DNA of 63,531 nucleotides, counting the filler. It is 4 parts of 4 records of this genome, joined end to end, with 100 filler letters (N's around TTAATTAATTAA, not from the genome) between each part and the next. Parts side by side here need not be neighbours in the genome. Positions count along the whole stretch, not along the records: positions 1 to 15,158 come from DRR723986_825; positions 15,259 to 45,183 come from DRR723986_830; 2 more parts are not named here. One strand, 5' to 3'. The translations under genes were made by a program, and so were the position numbers. The notes under the pieces were generated by a model. It saw only the letters and a program-made list of their open reading frames with translations. It made no database searches and had not been told where the DNA came from. Below are positions 9,355 to 18,281 of this stretch, piece after piece (the stretch's first letter is position 1; each line of letters begins with the position of its first letter).

Positions 9355-10142
9355 GCGCGTGGCTGATTGCGCTCCGCGCCATCGTCGGGCGCGAGTTCCT
9401 GCGCTTCGTGCATCAGCGCGAACGCTTCCTCTCGGCGCTGGTGCGCCCGCTGGTCTGGCTGCTGATCTTCGCGGCGGGCTTCCGGGCGGCGTTGGGCGTC
9501 TCGATCATCCCGCCCTACCAGACCTACATCACCTACGAGACCTACATCGTCCCCGGCCTCTGCGCGATGATCCTGCTGTTCAACGGGATGCAGTCGTCCC
9601 TGTCCCTCGTCTATGACCGCGAGATGGGGTCCATGCGCCTGCTGCTGACCAGCCCGCTGCCGCGCTGGTGGCTGCTGTTCTGCCGCCTGATCGGGTCCAG
9701 CGCCATATCCGTCCTTCAGGCCTGCGCCTTCCTCGCCATCGCGGCGGTCTTCGACATCACCATGCCGCTCTGGGGCTACGCTGCTGCGCTGCCCGCGCTC
9801 TTCCTCGCGGGGATCATGCTGGGCGCGCTCGGCCTTGTGTTGTCGAGCTTCGTCAAGCAGCTGGAGAACTTCGCAGGCGTGATGAACTTCGTCATCTTCC
9901 CGATGTTCTTCCTGTCCTCGGCGCTCTACCCGCTCTGGAAGATGCGCGAAAGCTCTGACCTTCTCTACGACATCTGCTCTTTCAACCCCTTCACCTATGC
10001 CGTCGAACTGATCCGCTTCGCGCTCTACCTCGAATGGAACGGGCTGGCGCTGGCGGTGGTGACGGGGGCGACGGTGCTGTTCAGCCTGCTGGCGCTTTGG
10101 GGCTACGACCCGGCGCGCGGCCTGATGAAGCGCAAGGGCTAG
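9351..10142 (+). CDS. ABC-2 permease of the PQQ-ADH system (PedC/LutF-like)
   Basis: LVRPLVWL, IIPPYQTYITYETYIVPGL, NGMQSSLSLVYDREMG and QLENFAGVMNFVIFP; ATGA overlap with the ATPase gene. Confidence 0.9.
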   Translation: MSAWLIALRAIVGREFLRFVHQRERFLSALVRPLVWLLIFAAGFRAALGVSIIPPYQTYITYETYIVPGLCAMILLFNGMQSSLSLVYDREMGSMRLLLTSPLPRWWLLFCRLIGSSAISVLQACAFLAIAAVFDITMPLWGYAAALPALFLAGIMLGALGLVLSSFVKQLENFAGVMNFVIFPMFFLSSALYPLWKMRESSDLLYDICSFNPFTYAVELIRFALYLEWNGLALAVVTGATVLFSLLALWGYDPARGLMKRKG

Positions 10143-10221
10143 GCCGGTTCCGGTTGCCCCGCATCGACGGGCCGACCTCTTCCGCCGGTCGGAGGGTGTC
10201 CCCCGCCAGGACGTCCTTCGG

Positions 10222-10434
10222 TCAGGCGTCGCGCGTCGACAGGTCCACCGCGCGGCACTTCCAGCTTGTGATGCGCTGGCCGGGGTGTTCGTTCACCCAT
10301 TTCGCCAGTTGCGGCTGGGCGCCCATCATGCATGTCATGGGAGAGACGTCGGTGAACACGAGGCTGTGCTCGCGGCAGGATTCCGAGCTGGATTGGGACA
10401 TCACCATGCAGGTGACAAAGAGAAGTTCGACCAT
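10222..10434 (-). CDS. Small four-cysteine hypothetical protein (70 aa)
   Basis: AGGAG RBS upstream of ATG 10434; C..C..CMMGAQPQLAKW..HPG..I..W.C pattern typical of small alphaproteobacterial proteins. Confidence 0.65.
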   Translation of the reverse strand: MVELLFVTCMVMSQSSSESCREHSLVFTDVSPMTCMMGAQPQLAKWVNEHPGQRITSWKCRAVDLSTRDA

Positions 10435-10574
10435 GATCGCTCCTGTGAATGCAGACTTTAGTCGCAACCCGAGCATGCACGCCTTTCCCCAAGGGAAGGT
10501 AAAGAGAAATGCTGCAGGTGCGAAATGCCCGGGGGTGGCGCCTGTTTTCTGTGCAGATAGGGCCGGTGCGCCCA

Positions 10575-12164
10575 GTGGCTAGGCAGCAATCCCTGCGGCG
10601 GCGGCTGGCCGCCGGGGCTACCTCTCTGACGCTGGCCACGCTTGTGACGGCGCTGGTGCTCTTCCTCGGCATGACCCGCGTGGCCGAGCGGCTGGACAGC
10701 GCGCTGGCGGCAGAGGCGCGGATGGCGCGCTATTCCATGCTGTCGACGCAGGTCTCGACCTTCCTCGTGATCGCCACGGAGGCGGTGCAGACCGGCCTGC
10801 CCGCCGCAGAGCGGGCCGCCCGCATCCTGCCGGTGGCGGACAACATGCGCGCGACCTTCGCCCTGCTGGAGGAGGATCACGCCCGCGCCGTTGCCGAGGC
10901 CGAGGCGTTGGGGCTGGAACAGCAGACGCGCCACGCGACGCAATCGCTGGGGCTGGCGCGGATGCGGGCGCAGGTCGACGCGGTGCTGCGCGGGCTGTCG
11001 CAGGGCAGCGAAGACCCCGACGTGCTGCGGGCGCATCTGAACAGCTTCGCCTCGACCTTCGACCCGCTGCTGAACCAGGCGGTGAACACCGAGGTGGTCT
11101 TTCGCGGCGAGACGCTGGCCGGGATCGAGCGGCTGCGGGGCCAGTTGAGCCTTGCGGCGCTGGTCATGGCCTGCGCCGCCATCGTCATCGCGCTTGCCTT
11201 CTACATGGGGCTGATCCGCCCGCAGTTCCGCAGGCTCGACCGGCTGCGGGAGGCCGCGCGGCGCATCGGGCAAGAGGACTTCGCCATTGCGCTACCGGTC
11301 GCGCGGCAGGACGAGATCGGGCAGATCTATGCAGAGATCAACCGCATGGCCGCCGCCCTTGGCGACCGGCAGGAGGGCGTGCGGCAGGACCGGGCGCGCC
11401 TGAACGACACCATCGCGCAGCGCACCGCCGACCTGCGCGAGGCCAATGCCGCGCTCGAACGGATCGACGCCAACCGCCGCCGCTTCTTCGCCGACGTCAG
11501 CCACGAGTTGCGGACGCCGCTGACGGTGATCCTGATAGAGGCCCAGATCGGCCAGAAGGCGCAGCCCGCCGCCGCCGAAGCCTTTGCCACCATCGAGACC
11601 CGCGCCGCGCGGCTGAACCGCCGCATCGACGACCTGTTGCGCGTGGCGCGGTCGGACAGCGGCGAGCTGGGGCTGGATCTTGCGCCCTTGGACGGCGGCA
11701 GCGTGCTGCGCGACGTGCTGGAAGAGGTGCGCGCGGAATGCGACAGCGCCGGGATGGTGCTGACCGAAGAGGCCGCTCCGGGCGTCACGGTCATGGCCGA
11801 CGCCAACTGGCTGCGGCAGGTGCTGGCGGGGCTGGTGCGCAACGCCATCCGGCATGCGCGGGCCGGGGGGCGGGTCCACCTCTCGCTCCGGCAGGAGGGC
11901 GAGACGGCGGTCTTCGATGTCCGCGACAACGGCCCCGGCATTCCAGCGGACCGGCAGGAGGCGGTCCTGCAACGGTTCGCGCGGGGCGAGGCCTCTCAAT
12001 CCGAGGGCTTCGGCATCGGTCTTGCGCTGGCGGCATGGGTGGCCGAGGCGCAGGGCGGCAGCCTGTCGCTGCAAAGCCCGCTGCCCCGAACCGTGGCGCC
12101 GGGAGCGGAGCCGGGGCTGGGCGTCTCGCTGCGTCTGCCGCTGGCCCCGAAGGCCGCGAATTAG
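10575..12164 (+). CDS. HAMP-domain sensor histidine kinase
   Basis: Two TM helices flank a periplasmic domain; HAMP (RQDEIG), H-box FFADVSHELRTPL, N-box NAIRH, DNGPGI and GFGIGL. Start uncertain (ORF open from 10509). Confidence 0.88.
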   Translation: MARQQSLRRRLAAGATSLTLATLVTALVLFLGMTRVAERLDSALAAEARMARYSMLSTQVSTFLVIATEAVQTGLPAAERAARILPVADNMRATFALLEEDHARAVAEAEALGLEQQTRHATQSLGLARMRAQVDAVLRGLSQGSEDPDVLRAHLNSFASTFDPLLNQAVNTEVVFRGETLAGIERLRGQLSLAALVMACAAIVIALAFYMGLIRPQFRRLDRLREAARRIGQEDFAIALPVARQDEIGQIYAEINRMAAALGDRQEGVRQDRARLNDTIAQRTADLREANAALERIDANRRRFFADVSHELRTPLTVILIEAQIGQKAQPAAAEAFATIETRAARLNRRIDDLLRVARSDSGELGLDLAPLDGGSVLRDVLEEVRAECDSAGMVLTEEAAPGVTVMADANWLRQVLAGLVRNAIRHARAGGRVHLSLRQEGETAVFDVRDNGPGIPADRQEAVLQRFARGEASQSEGFGIGLALAAWVAEAQGGSLSLQSPLPRTVAPGAEPGLGVSLRLPLAPKAAN

Positions 12165-12203
12165 CGATTCAGATCGCCCGGGATTGGCCCTATGGTCGCC
12201 GCC

Positions 12204-12881
12204 ATGAGCAAGCGCATCCTGATCGTCGACGACGACCCCGGCATCACCTCTGCCCTTGCGCGGGGCCTGTCCCTGCACGGCTACGAGGCAGAGACCGAGA
12301 ACCGCGCCGACCGCGCGCTGGCGCGCCTGATGGCAGAGCCCTTCGGCGGGGCCATCGTCGATGTGATGCTGGGCGCCGACAGCGGCATCGACCTCGTGCG
12401 GACCCTGCGCGGTGCCGGTGTCACCATCCCGATCCTGATGCTGTCGGCGCTCTCCGAGGTCGAGCACCGCGCCGCCGGGTTGGAGGCGGGGGCCGACGAC
12501 TACGTCGTGAAACCCTTCTCGCTCGAGGAACTGGCCGCGCGCCTTGCGGTGCAGGAACATCGCAGCCGCACGCAGCCCCCGCCGGGCAGCCGGTTCAGCC
12601 CTGCCGACCGCAGCCTGTCGCGCGGCGCGCATCGCGCGACCCTGACGGAGCGGGAGGCGGACCTGCTGTGCCTTCTGGCCTCGGGCGGGGCCGAGCCGCT
12701 CCCCCGGGGCGAGATCTTCGACCGGCTCTGGGCGCGCGACGGGTCCGGCGCCGAGAACGTGGTCGACGTCTACATCGGCTACCTGCGCAAGAAGCTGGCG
12801 ACCGGGGATTTCGGGTTCGAGATCAAGACCCGTCGCAATCAGGGCTTCTACCTCGACGGCACGCCGCCTCGGATCGGCTGA
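12204..12881 (+). CDS. OmpR-family response regulator
   Basis: ILIVDDD, VDVMLG, GADDYVVKPF, LTEREADLL and NVVDVYIGYLRKKL. Confidence 0.92.
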   Translation: MSKRILIVDDDPGITSALARGLSLHGYEAETENRADRALARLMAEPFGGAIVDVMLGADSGIDLVRTLRGAGVTIPILMLSALSEVEHRAAGLEAGADDYVVKPFSLEELAARLAVQEHRSRTQPPPGSRFSPADRSLSRGAHRATLTEREADLLCLLASGGAEPLPRGEIFDRLWARDGSGAENVVDVYIGYLRKKLATGDFGFEIKTRRNQGFYLDGTPPRIG

Positions 12882-12901
12882 CCGCTCTTAGAGAATAAGA
12901 A
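12881..12901. promoter_or_regulatory. Palindromic operator candidate TCTTA-N5-TAAGA, copy 2
   Basis: ACCGCTCTTAGAGAATAAGA, 18/20 identical to 3085-3104; intergenic, upstream of the gene at 13104. Confidence 0.5.
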
Positions 12902-13103
12902 TTCAATTCGCGCCCCCGCTGGGCCATGGTCGCCTCGAACGGCACGAGAGCTTTGCCGGTTCTTCCCATGCTGCCGCTTCGTCGCGGGTCGTCTTCTCCC
13001 TTTCCGGCGACTCCCGCGAAGCGGCGGTGCTCTCGCTTACGGTCTTGTCGATCACGGCTTTGTCGGTATCGCCCTCCTTCGGCCATGCGCTATCCTTTGC
13101 GGC

Positions 13104-14024
13104 ATGCGGTGCCTTGCGGTCCTTCTCCTGCTGCTGTGCGCGCTCGCCCCCGCCGGGCGGGCCGATCCGCGCGATCAGGCGTTGGCGCTGGCGCGGACCG
13201 GCTGGGGTTACCAGTTGCGCAGCGCGACGTTCCGGCGCGACGCGACGATCCCGGTCCTGATCCACGGGCGCGCCCTGTCGGGCGCGGCCCTGTGCATCAT
13301 CGGCGATCCGCCCGACCCGCAGACCCAAGAGGCGCTGACCGCCTTCGGTACGCTTTTGCAGCGCGCCTACGGCAAGCCCCTGCCGCTGCGCTATGCCGGG
13401 CCAGAGGCACGGGCCTGCGGCGTTGGCCGCACGGTGGTGCTGCGGCTCTACTCGGGGACGCCGCCACATGACGCGCTGACCCGCGACCTTGGCTGGCTGG
13501 ATCGCACCTATGCGCTGGGCCTGCCGCCGGGGCGGCGCTACCACGCGACCACGCCGGGCATGGCGCAGACCTTCTTCGGGCGTCGCGGCGCGGCGACCCA
13601 TCTGCTGGTGCAGCAGGCCGGAACTGTGCCCTCCAGCCCCCTGCACAGGGCCTACTACCGCTCGATCCTCGTGGAGGAACTGTTCCAGAGCTTCACCTTC
13701 GGCATGGACATCCTGAAGCTGGACCGCCAGTCGGCCTTCACCTCGAAGCTCGAGGAGATCCCGCTGGACCTGCGCCGCCTGCCATGGGGGTCGGATGCCT
13801 TCATGGCGGCCCTCCTGCGGTCCAATCCGGCGCGGCTGTGCCCCTTCGACGCCTTTATGCTGCACGCGGTCGCGGCAAGCCCGGTGGACCAGACCACCGA
13901 CCCGGCCTTTCTCGACTGGATCGACGCCACCTTCGACGGGTTGGCCGAGCAGGCGCGCGCGACGGTCGCGGATGCCCGCCTTGCGCCGATCCTCGACCCG
14001 TCCTGCGCGCCGTGGTCACGCTGA
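13104..14024 (+). CDS. Exported hypothetical protein, DUF2927-like
   Basis: Signal peptide (LAVLLLLLCALAPAGRA); RSILVEELFQSF resembles the xxEELxQ motif of DUF2927. Confidence 0.55.
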   Translation: MRCLAVLLLLLCALAPAGRADPRDQALALARTGWGYQLRSATFRRDATIPVLIHGRALSGAALCIIGDPPDPQTQEALTAFGTLLQRAYGKPLPLRYAGPEARACGVGRTVVLRLYSGTPPHDALTRDLGWLDRTYALGLPPGRRYHATTPGMAQTFFGRRGAATHLLVQQAGTVPSSPLHRAYYRSILVEELFQSFTFGMDILKLDRQSAFTSKLEEIPLDLRRLPWGSDAFMAALLRSNPARLCPFDAFMLHAVAASPVDQTTDPAFLDWIDATFDGLAEQARATVADARLAPILDPSCAPWSR

Positions 14025-14097
14025 GGCCTTGATACCTAAGGCGGCATAGGTCGGCGCGCCCGCCTGCGCTAGGCTGACCCGGCACATGGGAGGAGAC

Positions 14098-15054
14098 ATG
14101 GACGCACCCCTGACACCGCCAGAGGGCGGCCTTCGCCGGCTGTGGGAGCACCTCTCGCACGGTCTCATCGGACATGAGACGCTGATCGAGCGGCTTCTGG
14201 TCTCTTTGCTGGCGGGCGGGCACCTGCTGGTCGAGGGGCCACCGGGCCTTGCCAAGACGCGGGCGGTGAAGTGGCTGGCGCAGGCGGTGGACCTGAGCTT
14301 TGCCCGCATCCAGTGCACGCCGGACCTGATGCCTTCGGACCTGACCGGCACGCCGGTCTGGCGCCCGCAGGACGGGCGGTTCGAGTTCGTGCGCGGCCCG
14401 GTCTTCCACAACCTCGTTCTGGTGGACGAGATCAACCGCGCCCCGCCCAAGGTGCAGTCCGCCCTGCTGGAGGCCATGGCAGAGGGGCAGGTCACGGCCG
14501 GGTCAGAGACCCATGCGCTGCCGCAGCCCTTCCTCGTGGTGGCGACCCAGAACCCCATCGAGCACGACGGCACCTTCCCGCTGCCCGAGGCGCAGCTTGA
14601 CCGCTTCCTTCTGTATACGCTGCTGACCCTGCCCGATGCAGAGACGGAACTGCGCATCCTGAACCTGGTGGAGGCCGAGGCGCAGGCGCCCGCCGCCCTG
14701 CCGGACCGGATGCCGCTGGACGAGCTGCAGGCGCTGCGGGCGCGGGCCATGGCGGTGCATCTGTCGCCCGAGTTGCGCGACTACATCGTGCGGCTGGTCA
14801 TGGCGACCCGCGAAGGCGCGCAGGCGGCAGAGGTCGAACACGCGGTCTCGCCGCGCGGATCGCTGGCGCTGGCTTCGGCGGCCAAGGCGCGGGCCTTCCT
14901 GCGCGGGCGCGACTACGCCCTGCCCGAGGACGTAGAGGCGCTGGCCCCCGACGCGCTGGCCCATCGCATGGTGCTGACGTGGCGCGCGGTGGCCGAGGGC
15001 CGGACCGCGCGGCAGGTGGTCGCCGACATCCTCGACGCGGTGGAACCGCTGTGA
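14098..15054 (+). CDS. MoxR-family AAA+ ATPase (MxaR-like)
   Basis: GHLLVEGPPGLAKT, RIQCTPDLMPSDLTG, DEINRAPPKVQSALLEAM and ATQNPIEHDGTFPLPEAQLDRF. Confidence 0.92.
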   Translation: MDAPLTPPEGGLRRLWEHLSHGLIGHETLIERLLVSLLAGGHLLVEGPPGLAKTRAVKWLAQAVDLSFARIQCTPDLMPSDLTGTPVWRPQDGRFEFVRGPVFHNLVLVDEINRAPPKVQSALLEAMAEGQVTAGSETHALPQPFLVVATQNPIEHDGTFPLPEAQLDRFLLYTLLTLPDAETELRILNLVEAEAQAPAALPDRMPLDELQALRARAMAVHLSPELRDYIVRLVMATREGAQAAEVEHAVSPRGSLALASAAKARAFLRGRDYALPEDVEALAPDALAHRMVLTWRAVAEGRTARQVVADILDAVEPL

Positions 15055-15085
15055 CCCGGCTCGCCCTTCCCCGAGGGCGGACGCC

Positions 15086-15158
15086 GTGACCGCGCTGCCG
15101 CAAACCCCCGGCGTCACGCTGGAGGCGGCGGGCCTGATCGCCCTGCGGCAGGTGGCGC
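15086..15158 (+). CDS. 5' fragment of a probable DUF58 (MxaS-like) gene
   Basis: VTALPQTPGVTLEAAGLIALRQVA runs to the contig end; position after moxR fits DUF58. Inference from context only. Confidence 0.4.
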
Positions 15159-15258
15159 NNNNNNNNNNNNNNNNNNNNNNNNNNNNNNNNNNNNNNNNNN
15201 NNTTAATTAATTAANNNNNNNNNNNNNNNNNNNNNNNNNNNNNNNNNNNNNNNNNNNN
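15159..15258. other. Artificial contig spacer
   Basis: N-run, TTAATTAATTAA (stops in all six frames), N-run; 100 nt. Confidence 0.98.
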
Positions 15259-15445
15259 CTGGTCCAGGTTGAATGTTAGTTTACGCAGGCTCTTTCTGTA
15301 TGGGAAATATCGTTTCCGGATGGTCGCATCCGTCCTCGCGTTCCCGCAATTGACCAATACTTGGCCAGTCGTGACAAAAATTCATGTGTTCCCGATGCTC
15401 CCGCAGAAAAACGGGGCGACAGCGGCCGGCAGCGGCAGCAATTGA

Positions 15446-15510
15446 TCGTCCAGGCCGAACTTTCCGGAACGAAAATTCGATTTTCTATTACCACGGGATT
15501 TCCCTATCAT
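15446..15510 (+). promoter_or_regulatory. LysR/NhaR-type operator (TCG-N7-CGA-N18-TCGA) with -10 box TATCAT upstream of purK
   Basis: TCGTCCAGGCCGA...GAAAATTCGA at 15446-15480 and TATCAT at 15505-15510; same geometry as 19641-19704. Confidence 0.6.
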
Positions 15511-15539
15511 ATGGAACTCGCAGTTTCAGGGGTACCGCG

Positions 15540-16769
15540 GTGGTACAAACGACAGACAGGCAAGCGTCCCTACGGGAGCCAGCACAGCGCCTCGGCATCA
15601 TCGGCGGCGGCCAGCTGGGCATGCTGCTGTGCCGGGCCGCCCGCACGCTGGGCCTGCACACCGTGGTCCTCACGCCGGACGACACGGCACCGGCGGTACA
15701 TGAAGCCGACACAGCCCTGATCGCCGCCTACGACGACCCCGAAACCCTCGCCGAATTTATCAACCAGTGCGACGTCATCACCTTCGAATTCGAAGCGGTC
15801 CCCGATACCACCCTGGAGCAACTGGCTGCAGCGGTGCAGCGCCAGGATATTCAGGTACATCCGGAGATTGATACCCTTCGCCTGCTCAAGGACAAGGGCA
15901 CCCAGAAGTGCTGGCTGGAAGAGCAGGGCCTACCCACCCTGCCCTTCAAACTGCTGGATCCGGATACCACAGTCGAAAGCCTGTTAAGCGGCGACCTGCA
16001 ACTGCCACTGGTGCAAAAGACCCGCAGCGGTGGCTACGACGGCAAGGGCGTCCAGCTACTGCCCTCGCAGGAGTCACTCGCCAATCTGTGGCCGGTAGCC
16101 AGCCTGGTGGAACCGCTGCTCGCCGATTGCATCGAGGTTGGCGTGGTCATCGCCAGCAATGGCAGCGGTACCTTGCGCGCCTACCCGCCGGTCTCCATGG
16201 AGTTCGACTGGGAATTTAACTCGGTGCTGACTGTAACCAGCCCGGCGACCGTTGACCCTGATATCCAGACTCGCTGTGCGGACGTCGCACACAATGCCAT
16301 TGCCGCCCTGGGCTCAGCCGGTGTATTCGCGGTGGAACTGTTCGTCACCCCGAAGAACGAGGTCTACATCAACGAGATTTCACCAAGGGTCCACAATTCC
16401 GGACACCTGACCATTGAGGCCTTCAAGCACGACCAGTTCGAACAGCATGTGCGCGCAGTGGCCGGTTTGCCGCTGGCAGCCATCGTGCCCCGGGCGCCGG
16501 CCGCAGTGATGCTTAACCTGCTCTACCGCGACAGCATGGCGCCGGCGATGGCGCCCAGACCCTACTGCGCGGAACTGGATGACCGGGCCCGCACCTGCCT
16601 GCACTGGTACGGCAAGCGTGAGGCGGTCCGCGGACGCAAGATGGGTCATATCACGGCCCTGGGAATTTCTACGGCGGTAGCCGCAGAGCGCGCTGAAGCC
16701 GGCCTGCAGCGGCTGGAATCCGGCGACCTGGGCGACCTGCCGGAACTCAACCGGGCGCTGGCGTCATGA
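15540..16769 (+). CDS. purK: N5-carboxyaminoimidazole ribonucleotide synthase (ATP-grasp, HCO3- dependent)
   Basis: LGIIGGGQLGML, DVITFEFEAV, KTRSGGYDGKG, GVFAVELF, INEISPRVHNSGH, QFEQHVRA and WYGK...GRKMGHIT; GTG start at 15540. Confidence 0.93.
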   Translation: MVQTTDRQASLREPAQRLGIIGGGQLGMLLCRAARTLGLHTVVLTPDDTAPAVHEADTALIAAYDDPETLAEFINQCDVITFEFEAVPDTTLEQLAAAVQRQDIQVHPEIDTLRLLKDKGTQKCWLEEQGLPTLPFKLLDPDTTVESLLSGDLQLPLVQKTRSGGYDGKGVQLLPSQESLANLWPVASLVEPLLADCIEVGVVIASNGSGTLRAYPPVSMEFDWEFNSVLTVTSPATVDPDIQTRCADVAHNAIAALGSAGVFAVELFVTPKNEVYINEISPRVHNSGHLTIEAFKHDQFEQHVRAVAGLPLAAIVPRAPAAVMLNLLYRDSMAPAMAPRPYCAELDDRARTCLHWYGKREAVRGRKMGHITALGISTAVAAERAEAGLQRLESGDLGDLPELNRALAS

Positions 16770-17257
16770 GTGCACAAGTCGGCATCATCATGGGCAGCGA
16801 CTCCGACTTGCCGGTCATGCAAGCGGCGGCGGATATCCTGACCGAGCTCGAGGTGGCCTGGGAACTGACCATAGTGAGTGCCCACAGGACCCCCGACCTG
16901 CTCTACGAGTACGCCGGCGGTGCTGAGGCTCGCGGCCTGCGCGTCATTATTGCCGGCGCTGGCGGTGCCGCGCACCTGCCCGGGATGGCCGCCGCACTGA
17001 CCGTACTGCCGGTGATCGGCGTCCCGGTCAGCGCCACCAAAATGGCCGGGGAAGACGCGCTGTTATCCATCGTGCAGATGCCTGCCGGCGTGCCGGTGGC
17101 AACCGTGGCCATCGACAACGCCACCAATGCCGGTATCCTCGCGGCACAGATGCTGGCAACTGGCGATGACGCCCTGCGCGGCCGACTGGCGACCTACAAG
17201 CTGAGCCTGAAAGACAAGGTGCTGGCCAAGGCCGCCGCACTGGCGCGAACCGACTGA
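16766..17257 (+). CDS. purE: N5-CAIR mutase
   Basis: [31 protein letters not shown] and [20 protein letters not shown] overlap with purK. Confidence 0.96.
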   Translation: MSAQVGIIMGSDSDLPVMQAAADILTELEVAWELTIVSAHRTPDLLYEYAGGAEARGLRVIIAGAGGAAHLPGMAAALTVLPVIGVPVSATKMAGEDALLSIVQMPAGVPVATVAIDNATNAGILAAQMLATGDDALRGRLATYKLSLKDKVLAKAAALARTD

Positions 17258-17264
17258 CGCACGG

Positions 17265-18263
17265 ATGTTCCTCGAAAATCTCAGCTCGCCGCCGCTACTG
17301 TTCTTCTTCCTTGGTGCGGCGGCGGTTCTGGCACGCTCCGACCTGGACATTCCAGGGCAAGTCGCCAAGTTTCTCTCCCTGTACCTGCTGTTCGCCATCG
17401 GCTTCAAAGGCGGCGTTGCGCTGGCTGAGTCGGACCTCACCAGTACCGTCTGGCTAACCCTGCTGGCGGCGATGGTGATGTCGGCGGCGATACCCTTGTA
17501 CTGCTTCTTCCTGCTGCGGCGGCGCTTTTCCAATGCCGATGCCGCGGCCACTGCCGCCACCTACGGCTCGGTAAGCGCGGTAACCTTCATTACCGCCACC
17601 AGTTACCTCACCACCCAGGGCGTCGACTGGAACGGCTACATGGTCGCGGCCATGGCACTGATGGAATCTCCCGCCATCATCGTCGGCATCCTGCTTTACA
17701 CACGCTATCGGGAGGGTGACGGGGGAAAGTCCGCACGCATCAACTGGTCGGAACTGCTGCGGGAATCCTGCCTCAACGGGTCGGTGTTCCTGATAATCGG
17801 CAGCATGCTCATCGGCTGGTTTACCGGACCCAAGGGCATGGAACAGATAGCGCCGGTCATCAAGGACCTGTTCCTCGGCGCGCTGTGCCTGTTCCTGCTC
17901 GACATGGGGATTGTTGCCGCGCGGCGCCTTGGGGACCTGCGCCGATCCAGTTCGGAGCAAGGCGACAAAGCTTCGCCACTGCCGTACATGGTCGGCTTTG
18001 CTCTTGTCTTCCCTGCACTCAACGCCGCCCTCGCGCTGGCGATCGGGCAACTGCTGGGCCTGGGTGAGGGCGACCTCGTGCTGTTCACGGTATTGGGGGC
18101 CAGCGCCTCCTACATTGCGGTACCGGCGGCCATGCGACTGGCGCTACCAGAGGCCAATCCCAGCACCTACCTGCCCATGTCGCTGGCGATCACCTTCCCC
18201 TTCAACCTGCTGGTGGGGATTCCGGTCTATCATCAACTGGCCAGATGGCTACTGGCTACCTGA
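17265..18263 (+). CDS. sbtA: Sodium-dependent bicarbonate transporter, SbtA family (DUF897)
   Basis: LSLYLLFAIGFKGG, TYGSVSAVTF, MALMESPAII, LFLLDMG, SASYIAVPAAMR and LAITFPFNL; about 10 TM; starts 7 nt after purE. Confidence 0.9.
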   Translation: MFLENLSSPPLLFFFLGAAAVLARSDLDIPGQVAKFLSLYLLFAIGFKGGVALAESDLTSTVWLTLLAAMVMSAAIPLYCFFLLRRRFSNADAAATAATYGSVSAVTFITATSYLTTQGVDWNGYMVAAMALMESPAIIVGILLYTRYREGDGGKSARINWSELLRESCLNGSVFLIIGSMLIGWFTGPKGMEQIAPVIKDLFLGALCLFLLDMGIVAARRLGDLRRSSSEQGDKASPLPYMVGFALVFPALNAALALAIGQLLGLGEGDLVLFTVLGASASYIAVPAAMRLALPEANPSTYLPMSLAITFPFNLLVGIPVYHQLARWLLAT

Positions 18264-18281
18264 GGCACAGGCCTAATAACA

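Noticed and set aside
15203-15214. TTAATTAATTAA palindrome occurring three times
   Set aside because: It is embedded in N-runs and is a synthetic six-frame stop linker.
15259-15445. Short ORFs at the start of contig 2 (15276-15494, 15361-15720) and the long N-terminal extension of purK
   Set aside because: No motifs, and they overlap the predicted purK promoter/operator.
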